From the NCBI GenBank assembly GCA_964106645.2, contig OZ067039.1: a stretch of 64,000 nucleotides of DNA. One strand, given 5' to 3'. Below are positions 11,096 through 22,806 of this stretch, piece by piece. Positions within the stretch are counted from its first letter, which is position 1. Each line of letters opens with the position of its first letter. Source of the DNA: Podarcis pityusensis (Eukaryota). Position numbers and translations under genes: made by a program. The notes beneath the pieces are model-generated. The model saw only the letters and a program-made list of their open reading frames with translations, had not been told where the DNA came from and ran no database searches.

Positions 11096-13837
11096 ATGGC
11101 AGATGACCAAGAGGTGCTTGAAGCTCCACTTGAGAAGCTTGAAGAGCTCACCACCCAGTCGTGGGAAACCTGGGTCAGGAAAGTGAGAGCCTGGTTTTGG
11201 GCAACAGGGCTGTGGGAAGTATGCAAGATAGAGCCGTCCCCAGCCAAACCGGCTGCTACTGAAAATGCAGAACTGGTGGACAGAGATGCAGAAAAGCTGC
11301 AGTCTGCTTTTCTGGAGGAGAAAATGCAGAGAGAGAAAGCTATGAGAGCTGAGATCTGCATGTTGAGAGCAAGCGTACATGCTAAGCTATTGCCGCATTT
11401 GGAAGGCATTGAGTCGGCCTGTGAAGCCTGGAAAGTGCTGAGGGGTTTGTGTCAAAGCTCAGCAGGAGGCCAGGAGCAGGATGACGCCGAGTGCTCAGCC
11501 AGAAGCCCTGATTTTACAGCCTCACGGAGTGCTGTTGGAGGTGTCGGGGGGGCAGAGAAGCCCAAAGGCCAGTTTGGAAAAGTTTCCACTGTGTATGACG
11601 AGGAGGAGTGCCGTTTCAGAGGGGGCGGAGCTGGCCCGGAAGCTTCGCTAGCTGAGAGCTCACCCCAGTGTTTTTCCACTCGTTGCTGCTACGTTTGCAA
11701 TTCTCCTGACCATCTGCGTCGCAACTGCCCACAGAGAGCAAAGGAGACAGGGCAGGATGTCTCCAAGGTCGTTTCCCATGGGAATCAGCCGGGTTTCCAT
11801 GGCAACCAGTCCAGCAGAGGGGGCAGGCGTGGGAAGTCGCAGAGAGGACGTGGCTCAGAGGGGGAAGACGGCGCTTATCAGCTAACTGCATCCATGGCGG
11901 TTGTAAAGGACACCTGCAAAGGCCCCAAGGACGGGGGCAGCGGGACGTTTGTTGCTATGGCAGCTTTGAAGGACAGCTGCAGTGAGAGCAACGTGATACG
12001 TTGGATTATTGACAGTACTGTCAACAGACATCTGATAACTGAGACACCTGGTGTTGAGATGTGGAACTGCAAACCTGTTTTGGTTGGGAAGACAGTGTGT
12101 TTTGCAGACAATTTACAAAAGCCATTGTCTAAAGTTGGACATGTTTATGTTTCTGTTTTGCAGGCGCAGCTGCGAGTCTACGTGGCGCCGGGGATACAAC
12201 ATTGTATTTTATCTGTACCTTGTCTCTTACAGGAGGGGTATAAGGTTTGCTTTGAGAAGGATGTCTGCACAATTTCCAGAGGGGGGAAAGTCTTGATCAG
12301 TGTTCCAAAAGGGAACAACGGCTTTTTTGTTCTTGAAGCACCTCTGGAGGGTGAAGGGTGTGCTGAGAAAGTACAGGCAAAGTCTGCAAAGGTTCATGCT
12401 CATGTTTCATGTGCTTGCGTGTGGCACAAGAAAATGTCACATGGTTCCTGTGAGGATATCCAGATGCTATCGGAGTGCACTAAAGGGTGCGAAATAAGGG
12501 AATGTGGTAGACCCCTAAAGTGCAGGGCTTGCAGAAAAGCCAATGTAAAAGGGTGTGGTTTTCCCAGAGTGGAGAGGGTGGCCACAAAGCCTTTTGAGCT
12601 TGTGCACACAGACCTTTTTGGTCCCATGCAAAAGCAAAGTCTGGGCGGGGCCAGGTTTGGGCTGACGCTGCAGGATGATTTCAGCCAGGTTGGCTGGTTT
12701 TATCCTCTGAAACGGAAAGAGGATGCAACGCAACTGATCAAAGATTGGATTGCGGAGGTGGAACTAAGGTTCTCCACCAAGGTGCAGGGGTTCCAGGGTG
12801 ACCGAGGGTCAGAGGTCACTGGGTCTGCTCTGCAGAAATTCTTTCGCCAGAAAGGGATACGTCACAAGGTGACTTCTCCTCAGGAGAAGGGAGTGGCAGA
12901 GCTTAGGAGCAAAGCTCTGGTTCAAGCAACAGAGATTCTACTGAATGACTCTGGTTTGCCTCAAAGCTTTTGGGGGGAAGGAATTAAATTTGTAAATTTC
13001 ACGAAGAATAGGTCCTACAATTCAGTGGTAGGTGACACCCCGCATTTTATGCTTCACGGAGAGAAGCCGAACCTGCATTTCCTCCGTGTATTCGGTACGA
13101 GAGCTGTGGTGTCGGTACCAAAGTTTCTGCAAGAGCAGGGTGGTCCAAAGGTCCAGGAAATGATCTTCTGTGGGTATGATCCTGCAACAAATGGGTGGAA
13201 GTTTGCATACCCAGAGGGTGATCAGACCAAGCTTCTGGTCAGCAAGCATGCTGAGTTCTGTGAGCAGGATGGTTGGGCAAGGCGCAAAGTGAGCCCTGAC
13301 GTTCTCTCAGATTGTCTATCTGAATCTGAGGAGGAAGGAGAGCTAGAGGCTGAACCTGAAAATGAGGACCAGGTCCAGGATCAAGGTCCGGAACAGGTTT
13401 GGGCATCTCCACGGGTTGTTAAAGGAGTGTCCAAAAGTGAGCCTTCATCTCCAGTGAGCATAATGGAGAAAGCTCACAGATGGGTCAAGTCAGAGGGGGA
13501 GTCGTCTGGTGAAGAAGACGCACTTGCTGGCCCCAGTGGGTCAGAAGAAGCACCCCAGTTCGTGCCCAGGCGTTCATCTCGGGCAACAAAGGGAATTCCA
13601 CCTGAAAGGTATGAAGCCACTAGTGTTTGGGTTGGTGTGGCTAGGTGCGAATCTGAGATTTGTGAGGAGGTTCAACAGGTGCCTGACAAAGACGCCAGGA
13701 AGAGGCGAAAGGCAATGGGGAAGGTGTTGAACTCTCAAGGGTCTGTAAATATGTGTGTCCACAACTCCTCTCAGAATGTAAGGCGAGAGGGGGTGTGGAG
13801 AGAATCAGAACCTACAGGGTTAAGAGGTTCTGTGTGA
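11096..13837 (+). CDS. Copia-like Gag-protease-integrase polyprotein, 913 aa, no RT or RNase H
   Basis: Gag N-terminus WETW..VRAW....GLW; CCHC knuckle CYVCNSPDHLRRNC; protease-like WIIDST..RH; HHCC WHKKMSH..CRAC; integrase LVHTDLFGP / GDRGSE / GVAE; SH3-like MIFCGYD; stop lies inside the 3' LTR. Confidence 0.92.
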   Translation: MADDQEVLEAPLEKLEELTTQSWETWVRKVRAWFWATGLWEVCKIEPSPAKPAATENAELVDRDAEKLQSAFLEEKMQREKAMRAEICMLRASVHAKLLPHLEGIESACEAWKVLRGLCQSSAGGQEQDDAECSARSPDFTASRSAVGGVGGAEKPKGQFGKVSTVYDEEECRFRGGGAGPEASLAESSPQCFSTRCCYVCNSPDHLRRNCPQRAKETGQDVSKVVSHGNQPGFHGNQSSRGGRRGKSQRGRGSEGEDGAYQLTASMAVVKDTCKGPKDGGSGTFVAMAALKDSCSESNVIRWIIDSTVNRHLITETPGVEMWNCKPVLVGKTVCFADNLQKPLSKVGHVYVSVLQAQLRVYVAPGIQHCILSVPCLLQEGYKVCFEKDVCTISRGGKVLISVPKGNNGFFVLEAPLEGEGCAEKVQAKSAKVHAHVSCACVWHKKMSHGSCEDIQMLSECTKGCEIRECGRPLKCRACRKANVKGCGFPRVERVATKPFELVHTDLFGPMQKQSLGGARFGLTLQDDFSQVGWFYPLKRKEDATQLIKDWIAEVELRFSTKVQGFQGDRGSEVTGSALQKFFRQKGIRHKVTSPQEKGVAELRSKALVQATEILLNDSGLPQSFWGEGIKFVNFTKNRSYNSVVGDTPHFMLHGEKPNLHFLRVFGTRAVVSVPKFLQEQGGPKVQEMIFCGYDPATNGWKFAYPEGDQTKLLVSKHAEFCEQDGWARRKVSPDVLSDCLSESEEEGELEAEPENEDQVQDQGPEQVWASPRVVKGVSKSEPSSPVSIMEKAHRWVKSEGESSGEEDALAGPSGSEEAPQFVPRRSSRATKGIPPERYEATSVWVGVARCESEICEEVQQVPDKDARKRRKAMGKVLNSQGSVNMCVHNSSQNVRREGVWRESEPTGLRGSV
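13780..13793 (+). promoter_or_regulatory. Polypurine tract
   Basis: aaggcgagaggggg immediately before the 3' LTR. Confidence 0.8.
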
Positions 13838-14164
13838 CGTCTTACATTCTGAGGCGTGGTTGAGTATACTGAGGGGAGTGTTTCCTGAGTTCAGTTCTGG
13901 TTTCGCTTTTGCGGAGAGAGGACGCAAGATGTGTGCGTTGTCGCCCGGAGAGATTTAAGAGCTGTTTTTCTACACGAATAAAGACTTTTAGAAGATAAGG
14001 AAGACACCGTGCGTGCTGCCTGATTTATGTTTACACACACGCACAGCAACAGTTTCTCGCTGCGTGCACTCTGCCCCCCTGCCTAGGTCAGCTTCAGGCT
14101 TCCGAGCAGAGCTGCGCAGGGGAAGCGCTGGCTGGACGGCAGGGCAATTTGCCAAAGGCCAATA
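13794..14164 (+). repeat. 3' LTR (371 bp)
   Basis: No mismatch with the 5' LTR found by eye; followed by the AGGTC TSD. Confidence 0.95.
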
Positions 14165-14422
14165 AGGTCCACCTCAGCAGTATTAGCATCTGTTATGATT
14201 GCAAAGGACTCTTTAGGATTGCTGGTGGAAGTTGCTTCTGACAATGCAACCAGAGACCCTTGGCCAGAAAAGGCTTAACCTGAGATGAAAGCATTTTTCC
14301 TGCTACACAGTCATGACCCCTCCCTCTACTAATCATTTACAACGCATGAAAAATTCTGTTTAATTTCTTCCTGCATTGTTTGCTGACATGCTGATAGTAT
14401 AGATAGTATACTCATTACTTAC

Positions 14423-14449
14423 ATCTAATCCTGGTTCCCCTGGCTTTCC
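14423..14449 (-). CDS. COL23A1: COL23A1 exon, 27 nt, GKPGEPGLD
   Basis: ccctag|...|gtaagt. Confidence 0.92.
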
Positions 14450-15429
14450 CTAGGGTTAAGAGAAAGAAATGGAGACAGTTAACTGGTGAGAGTGGGAAAC
14501 CACAGGATTCAACTAATGGGTCCCGTCAGAGGAAGTCCTGCGCAAGGACTTATGCTTGTGCAATGGGGCTTCTCCCCTCCTTACCCTGTACAAACAATTC
14601 CAGTGCTGCCCTGAAATTGGCTTGCGGGTGGGGGTGCTTGGGATAACGTCCACAACAGCACACAGAGGGAGGATATCATTCTGTCTGTTAAGCCAAAATG
14701 CTTCCCCTGATGGAACAACTGCCTTAGTGTGATGTTGAATTTCCCCCCATGTTAAGCAGGTTACATTTATGTTAAGCAGATACCTAGCTCCCTCCCACTG
14801 AAATCCATATTAAAAGTGCTTTGCTGACTGGATTCTGGCCCCTGTGTACAGCATCTGGACAATACACACATTTTTGTTTTAACAGAACTTCTGTAACTTT
14901 AGTAACACAAAACAACCAAAGAGGAAATACTATTATTGTTGTTTTTCCATTTTCCACTTTTTCCATTTCCACAGACGAATCGTTTAAAAAACAAAACAAA
15001 ACAGAAAACTGCAGAATTTTACCACTGACTCAGATATGATGTCTATAGTTTGGACAAGCTAATCACATGCACTTTTACTGTAAGCAGACAATCAGAATTA
15101 TCACTGCTGCAACACTGATGGAAAGGGTCTGAGAAAAAGACCACATGAGGTTTCAAAAAGGTTTCTGAAATCTGTTTTAAATTTCCATGTAGGGCTCAAT
15201 AACTATTCTTATCAAATTCTCTACCATTACAATAGAAAACAATTTAGAAAACAATTTAAGTTTGCCTGTAAGGAACTTTTATGTAACACAGAAGCTTTCT
15301 ACTTCATTAAAATTTAGTAGTTTCAAATAAAAAAAAATACAGTTATGAGTCATTTCGTATCCCTTTGGAGGACTGTGGTGGATGAACGCGTTAACCCATT
15401 TCCCATAACAGATCTATATGCGTTCTTAC

Positions 15430-15483
15430 CTTCTCCCCTTTGGTGCCTGGTAAACCGATAAGCCCAGGAGTACCAGCAGGACC
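15430..15483 (-). CDS. COL23A1: COL23A1 exon, 54 nt, GPAGTPGLIGLPGTKGEK
   Basis: ctctag|...|gtaaga. Confidence 0.93.
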
Positions 15484-15588
15484 CTAGAGAGAAAAGAAAA
15501 CTACTAGAAAAAGGCTTGGAATATTGCTTTCTGCTTTCTGCTTTCTGCTGAAGCACAAGGATGTTGCAGATTTTATACTACTACTCAC

Positions 15589-15660
15589 ATGTGGCCCAGG
15601 GACACCTTTTTCACCTTTATGACCACTTTCACCTTTTGCACCCTTTGCACCATCTGAGCC
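15589..15660 (-). CDS. COL23A1: COL23A1 exon, 72 nt, GSDGAKGAKGESGHKGEKGVPGPH
   Basis: atgcag|...|gtgagt. Confidence 0.93.
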
Positions 15661-15967
15661 CTGCATAAAAACAAATACATTTATTAGGGTTTCAACTAGC
15701 TGGTCTTAAAAAAAAAAATCACTTGCTTTATGCCCAATTCATTTTTTTCAATTAAGTTAAAATGAAGTTTCATGTTATCAAAATTTCACTCAAGGCATCT
15801 TTTAAAAATACTAAAGGAAATGCAAGTCAACATACAAATAAAAGCTCCCTATTATAATAATGCACCAGACCAAGAGTGCACATTACCAGCCTTGGCACCT
15901 GTTTACAGAGGAACAAGAGATTGCAGGGTGGGGAGAGATAGTAGAACAATGAAACACTGATCTTGGT

Positions 15968-15968
<1 letters not shown>

Positions 15969-16012
<44 letters not shown>
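15969..16012. repeat. (CAG)~14 intronic microsatellite
   Basis: Seen directly. Confidence 0.95.
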
Positions 16013-16015
<3 letters not shown>

Positions 16016-16705
16016 TTTTGTGGGAAAGGGCAAGTGCAAACATACCCTTTATTTGCTTACATAAAGTTATACAAGCATTTTTTTAAAAATAGATTGCATA
16101 AGAAAATTTCAAACCAAAGCTATGAGTTATGAACAGTATAATTCGATTCCTGAATTCTTGCTTAGTTTCTGAAACTCACATGGTCTGAATCAGAAAGGAA
16201 TTTGACTGGTGGTAGATTGGGAAGTGACTGAAAGATCTCAACCTATATTGGGTTCTTATATCTATCTGCCTGAAATAAATCTTTTGTACTGGTGGGCTCT
16301 AAGTTGGGGTTGGCCCAAGACATTTTGCTTCCCGAGCTGAAGAACAAGATGGCATCTCACCTCCCCATCCCATGTACAGATGCTGACTGGACTTGCAGGT
16401 TAATCTTACTTCAGTACTGGCAATGAAATAGGCTAAGGGTGTAGGAAAGGCTGCTTGGCACACCCACCCACCTCTGTCTTCCCACAGAAGGGTAAGGCCA
16501 GGGGCCTTGGGTGAAAATAACATGGGAGGCTGACCCTGCTGCCTCCCAGCATCTGCTGACAGAGCTGGCTGTCTCATTTGGTCTAATTGTAGGGCAGGGT
16601 CTGCTCTAGGATAAGCTTTGTTAGTCTTCAGTGGTCAAAGTGGTTTGTCCTTGTGCTCAGTTCCAGTTCAATTCATAAATGGTGTGCACAATTTTAGTGA
16701 CCCAC

Positions 16706-16732
16706 CTTGTGTCCTTGAATTCCTTGGGGACC
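16706..16732 (-). CDS. COL23A1: COL23A1 exon, 27 nt, GPQGIQGHK (second copy)
   Basis: ttgcag|...|gtgggt. Confidence 0.85.
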
Positions 16733-17819
16733 CTGCAAGATATCAATGATGCATATGAGAAAAGAAAATACAAGGGAGGTTGGGGGAAAGTTGATCTGTA
16801 ATTCAAGCCTTATCCTCAAATCCTCAATGCCTGTGCCATAATATTTATCTTTCAGACATTTTATTTAGATGTAGAGAGAAACAGAAGCCACTCATGCAAA
16901 TATGCCTGCATAATTCAGAGGATGTGGCTACAGTAGACAGGCCTAACTGTTTTTCTTTTTCTTTTTTAGAATGCTGTCATCTTAGTATGTTACTGGCCAA
17001 CCTATAGCCTGAAAAGAATAAGGCACAAAGCTAGAACTTTAAATGCAGTTGTTCTACACCAGGTTTTGGTGAATGGTGCATGTCTTAAAGTTATCATTCT
17101 AAAAGTATTCTTTAAGATGAAACCATATAACCCATTGCATTTTTCTTTAGAAATCTACATTATATTTCAGTGTGGAAGGAAGCTGTGAGCATGGAAATTT
17201 TCCTTTCAGACAGAAATATCAACTCCTAAAGCCAAGTGAGAAAAACCAGCCATGTTTGTTCATCTCTAAAGTGAGGCTGTGTGTTTAATTTTTATAAATT
17301 GGTTGGTAAAGGTAGCTCAATCCTGGCCCTGCCATACCCCACTGCTCTGGGGAAAATGGGGATGAGAGGCAAAGTAGTCCATTCAGTTCATCTTTTCTGA
17401 ATCTTGTCATAAAAAATTACATCCTACCACTTCCCTTTCTTTAAATATGAACAGGGAAAACAGATGAAGAGCAAAACTGGTAGCTTCTATCATGTCCCAT
17501 TTGTCTTATAAAATTTAACAGTAAATGTATTAAAAAATAGTGTCAATAAATGGTAACTCTAAAGGGAGTTTGAACAGCCAGAAGGTGACTGACATGCTGA
17601 GGACACAGAATCATGGAAGGTCTAGGAAACAGTGAAGCGAAATGTCTCGGCATGTTCTTGATGTTACCTATCATTTATTTATTTGTCAACTTTTAGTTTG
17701 CTGTTGAAGTAGGCAATGCCGCAGTATTTTGGCCAATATTCAAAAGGATTAACTGATCAATATATCTCCCCTTAATTTTTTTAAAAGATTCATAATTACA
17801 AGAAATAAAAAAAAATGTC

Positions 17820-18052
17820 CAGTAGCACATTAGAGACCAACTAAGTTTGTTCTGGGTATAAGCATGCACATGTTTAGGAAAGTTTTTAATATTTAATGCT
17901 GTATTGTTTTTAACACTCGATTGGGAGCCGCCCAGAGTGGCTGGGGAAACTCAGCCAGATGGGCGGGGTATAAATAATAAATTATGATATATATATATTA
18001 TTATGAAAGCTTATACCCAGAACAAACTTAGTCGGTCTCTAAGGTGCTACTG
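17820..18052. mobile_element. Palindromic (Penelope-like) element interrupted by a LINE/SINE 3' tail
   Basis: Inverted repeats of about 44 bp at 17820-17863 and 18009-18052; internal block ends gggcggggtataaataataaattat. Confidence 0.65.
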
Positions 18053-18369
18053 AAAAATAATTACAAGAGAAAATGGTATCAAGCATCATTCATGGACTAA
18101 GGCAAATGTAAAAGTTATTTGCCTTAACATTAAAAATAACTGAAGGAAGAAAGGGAAGGATAACATTCCCCTCCCAATAAATCTGTAGGGATAGGCTCAA
18201 GTGTGTATCCTTTGGCAACAATATAATTAAATAACATGAATAAATTGTATTCAGCAAGAAGTAAAATAGTAGAATTTCAAGCAAGGGCACATATTACTAT
18301 GCCATGATCTCAACAAAGATATTTAATGTAGGTTGGAAAAACCACATGGCATTTAGGTAATAGACTCAC

Positions 18370-18396
18370 CTTATGCCCCTGTATTCCTTGAGGACC
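18370..18396 (-). CDS. COL23A1: COL23A1 exon, 27 nt, GPQGIQGHK (first copy)
   Basis: ctttag|...|gtgagt. Confidence 0.9.
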
Positions 18397-19509
18397 CTAA
18401 AGACAGCAATAGTTCATTTGTTAAAGAATGCTTAAAGTATCCCTAGTACATCTTTCATTTTGTACACACAGCTATCAGACTTCCTCTCTAGGTAGAATAC
18501 ATTTGTTTGTATCCCCCCCCCATTATCATGGGTTAAAAAACCCACCCCAATCTAAACAAAATAAAAGTTTGATCTAACTATGTATAATGAAGTTGTCAGG
18601 GATTCTAAAATTGTAGAAAGGAGCCTACCCTGACTTCACCGTCCCCTGCCAAATATCCATAAATATACTTCCTATGGCAATGTGCATCCTTTTCTGGAAA
18701 ATGTCTTACCAATCTGTGATCACCAATATGTGTGTCGCTACAAATGTCCACATTCAAACAGTTGTAACAAAGAGAAATAAATTTTAAGACTGAAAATGTT
18801 TAACAGTGTACATTGTTCACTTTTTATTCAACCTGGACCCCCAAATTCCCCTTCCCCAGATATGTGCTGAAATTACCACACAGCAGTTCTTACAGTCCAC
18901 TTACGTACCTCAAGTCAATGCTCTGGTATGGGCTTGCCATCTGCTGGAAGGTTTAGGATCTGATCTAATGGCTAATTATATCAAAGGAAACATTTGACTA
19001 TCTGGATCTCTCCTATATATAGTCAGTGGGATCAACCTTCCTGTCAAACAACTAGGGTCAGCAGTAAAATGCCTGATGAGCATATTGGGATCCAAGCTTA
19101 ATGAAGCTTAGCTGTTCTGGGCATGCTCTCAGCACAGCATCTATCCTGTGTGTGTGCAGTGTGACGTTTGGGCCTTTAGCACTACATTCCATCACAAACA
19201 CTTTACGTCTCACAAGGAATCATTTCATAGCTGCATGGAAACCCTTGTTATGGGGTTTTGTTTTTTGGCTCCCAACTCTGCCGGGTGTTATTCCATGCTT
19301 ATCCCACAGAAAAAGTAGATAAAATATTAGAGATTTGCTAAAGTACTAAGTTGATTTTATTGCAACAACTCAGTGATTAAGTATTTTAGATTTGTACACT
19401 CATCATCAAAGGTTGTTGATCTGCACACAAAACAAACCTCCCTTGATAGGTTAGAGCCACAGAGATTGTAACTTGGTAAATAATCTGAGTATTAAAACAG
19501 AAGACTTAC

Positions 19510-19575
19510 CGTAGGGCCTGGTGGGCCTGGTAGACCTGGAACACCAGGAGGTCCTGGTTCAGCTATAATCTGCAC
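19510..19575 (-). CDS. COL23A1: COL23A1 exon, 66 nt, VQIIAEPGPPGVPGLPGPPGPT (NC3/COL3 junction)
   Basis: ccatag|...|gtaagt. Confidence 0.92.
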
Positions 19576-20616
19576 CTATGGATTTTGTTACACAGTGAAG
19601 TGATTTGACAGAATACAGACTTGTATGGGCATGATAAAAAAACAACACATTTAGAATGAATTATTGGTGAATGAAAATGCTCTTAAGAAATATAGAGAAC
19701 AAAGCAATTAATAAAAACTTTTTAAAATAACATTAAATAAAAAAAGTATTTTTTAAAAGTCAATTTTTTTTAAAAAACATTCTTTTAAAAAAGCTAATGT
19801 AACACATAATGAGCATGTTCCAGGTTATTATGGGTGCAGTATGCACATGCAACCAATACCCACAGGCTGAATAGTGCTCTGTTCTCCCCAATGCCTTGCT
19901 GATGGGTGTGTGCAAAGATGGCATGGCAGGCCATTCAGGGAAATGAGAGGCATTTGTGTATCTCCAATATTCTCTTTCTCAGCCACCCTTCCCACCCTGA
20001 TACATTAACATTAACCAAATGAATATAGGTGTGCAAGCGCCTCCCATTCTCCTTGCCAAATTGCTTGTGCACAATTGCCACAGGTGAGGGAGGTAGCAAG
20101 CAAGCAAGCAAGCGGGGAGCTATAGAGCCTATTGAAATGCTCTGTATTTGGGTGCTGTGCCCACACAGTGGACTGGATTGGACCCAATATGTTGAACATA
20201 TATTGTTTTATGAGAATAAGATAGGATAAAAACAGAAGGCAGTATTTAACTTCAGTACACTTTATGGTCACCATACATAAATAAGGCCTGTTTTGGTTTT
20301 CCTTTTTAAAAAAGAAGATTTACTGACAAAGTCTACCCTTCACTCTAATTACAGAAATGCTTTCAAAAAATATCTTGAGTACAGGTGAGGATTCAGTGCA
20401 CAACAAAACAAATTGTAGTCCCAGTGATTTCAAATAAGGCTTAAGCAAGTTTCACTGTATGTTCAGAGTCTGGGCTTAATAGTAAAAAACAAACAAACCC
20501 CTTCCGAGGTTTAAAACAATTTATCTCCTATGAGACAATTTCATTATTTTGGCACTGTACTGGCAGTACATTCTTGGTATAGCAAATTTATGTTTGGATC
20601 ACAGATGACTACATTA

Positions 20617-20659
20617 GATTGATTGATTGATTGATTGATTAGATAGATGATAGATAGAC
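20617..20659. repeat. (GATT)n(GATA)n microsatellite
   Basis: Seen directly. Confidence 0.85.
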
Positions 20660-21570
20660 AATGTTCCTTTTATTCAGAAAGTGACCAAGTGTTTGTAAGT
20701 TGTAGGTGTTTGTATGTAAGTTAGAACTCAGGAAAGTGCCTTCTGTGAATACAAGAACTTAAAATTATAGTCAGGCACAAGACTGAAATTTACTCTCTTG
20801 GCCATTTCTAAGGCTGCTCTTCTGACTTCATTTCTGTATCTTAGGCAAACAATTTAAATTCGAATCAGATGTGATAATTTTTCACCCTGGAAAGCCTACC
20901 AGATATATTTGATTTATACACAGGTATTGGGGTACACAGATAGTTCAGGCAGAAAACAGCAGACACATATAATATTTGTTGTGTTGAAGAAAGTTCCTTG
21001 CCTGTAGGAAAATTGTTAGCATGTGAAGCAGTCTTTAGGTCATGATCTTTATTGGTAAGCGATTCTCATTGAAATCAACAGGACTTATTTCCAAATGAAT
21101 GCATTTTGACTTGGGTTCTGAAGGCACTATTAAAAGTAAAGACTGTCACAACACGTATTAATTTTGTGGCAAAAATTCAGGAACCTGTAATGTGGAGTCT
21201 CAGTGAAAGCAAAAGTCCTGTTTCATATTAAAAAGTGACTATTGTCCCACCAGTGTGGAATACCTGAGGTGGGGTGACCCAGTGGAGGGTCTTCTCAGTG
21301 GTGGCACCCTCCATATGGAATTTGTCGCCTTTGGAGGCGTGCTATGTGCTACCAAATATTCAGTTTCATCATTTGCTTAAGGAGCACCTCTTCACACAAT
21401 GTGCCCCTCCTGATAGTGTTTGGGCATAGGTCTTTTGGATCTTTTGATTTGCTGTACAGCCCACAGGACTCTAATCTTACTGCTGATTTGTACCATTTCT
21501 TAATGGCGATATAAATGAAATAGAACAGATAAACGAAACATATGTCACTCTCAGTATGTTTACAACTTAC

Positions 21571-21621
21571 AAGATCCTTCTCACAGGGAGCGCCAGGTTC
21601 TCCTTTTGGTCCATCAATGCC
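21571..21621 (-). CDS. COL23A1: COL23A1 exon, 51 nt, GIDGPKGEPGAPCEKDL (COL2/NC3 junction)
   Basis: atttag|...|gtaagt. Confidence 0.88.
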
Positions 21622-22399
21622 CTAAATAGTAAAAAGAAAGAGTCTGGTGTCTGAGGATGTATTTTAAGATATAAAGTTTGTGGAATAAGAAGGGGGTGGG
21701 GATTCTCTTTATCTAAACTAACCTACTAACCTATTAATTTTCGGTGGGACTTTTTCCTTGCAGGGCTGAACTTTTCTTGGCTCTGATATTGTGTCAGTTA
21801 CAGGCAAATGGAAGGTGAATTATTTTCCCTATGCCTGGCAATTCCAGCTGAGCTGTGCTAGGAAATAGTAGGCAGCATGACAGCACTGTAAGTGGCTATA
21901 TACAATGTGCTTGTTGCTCTTCATGTTTCTTGTAGAAAGTCCCATCTATATAAACTGCTATCAACCACTTCTTCATAGCGAGATCTCATGCGGATGTCTA
22001 TGCACCTGCAACCCATGTCTGTGAGGCCAGTCACATGGCTCCTTCCGACCCAATCACAACCCTCACTCCCAGGAAGGACTCAAAACAATTCACCTCTCTA
22101 ATTTGACTCCAGAATTCAGGTTCAGAACACTGCAGAAAAGCAGTTCCCATCCTGCTAGCATATGAATAAAGCCTCAAATGATTAAGAGGCAGTGTTATCT
22201 AAAGAGTCACCTGTACCTGCCTGAGCTTGCCAAAGCATTGGCTTTGGAGGCAAGAGCCATTAGACTGTCAGGTAACAGGGAAAAGACTCTCTTCCATGCT
22301 TTTGGAACCCCAGGGAGCTAAGTATGGTTTAATAACTGCTAGTCTTTTAAAAACCTCTGAAGACACATTTATAGAAGTCTGTGTGGGTTGAATTGTGCT

Positions 22400-22700
22400 G
22401 CACTTTTTCACGCAACACACAGATAAAACATGGTAATTGTTCCCACAAGAGGCAGTGATGGCCACTAACTCAAATGGCTTTAAAATATGAGTAGAACAAC
22501 ATATGGAGGAAACAGCTATCAACTGCTACTAGCTAGTGTATCTATGCTCTTCCTCCACTGTCAGAGGCAGTGTGAGGCGAAGAGATTCACAAGTGGAATC
22601 GAGCTGGACACTCAGAGAACAGGATGCTGGAGTCTGGACTTAGATGGGCCTTTGGCCTGATCGAGCGAGGCTTATGTTTCTCTTTCTTATGCTTATGCTC
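22400..22700 (+). mobile_element. CR1-like LINE 3' fragment
   Basis: gcagtgatggccact..tggctttaaaa..atggagga..gctatcaa and 3' end ggacttagatgggcctttggcctgatc..cttatg. Confidence 0.6.
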
Positions 22701-22806
22701 TTAAGCACCTGATATATAATACACACAAGTGAAAATTAACTTTTTTTCTGGTAATTAGCATCTATGACAACCGTCTAGTCCCGAATTATGTTGAAGACAG
22801 ACATAC

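Larger units (their letters stand above)
10466..14164 (+). mobile_element. Ty1/copia-type LTR retrotransposon, 3.7 kb, lacking RT/RNase H, very recent insertion
   Basis: Identical 371-bp LTRs; AGGTC target-site duplication at 10461-10465 and 14165-14169; PBS-like GGTTATGG; polypurine tract; copia domain order Gag-PR-IN. Confidence 0.95.

Noticed and set aside
10849-13762. Minus-strand and alternative-frame ORFs inside the LTR element (e.g. the 186-aa 10849-11409)
   Set aside because: They overlap the gag-pol ORF and show no recognisable domain or env-like features.
15827-16039. Poly-Ala ORF
   Set aside because: Product of an intronic CAG microsatellite.
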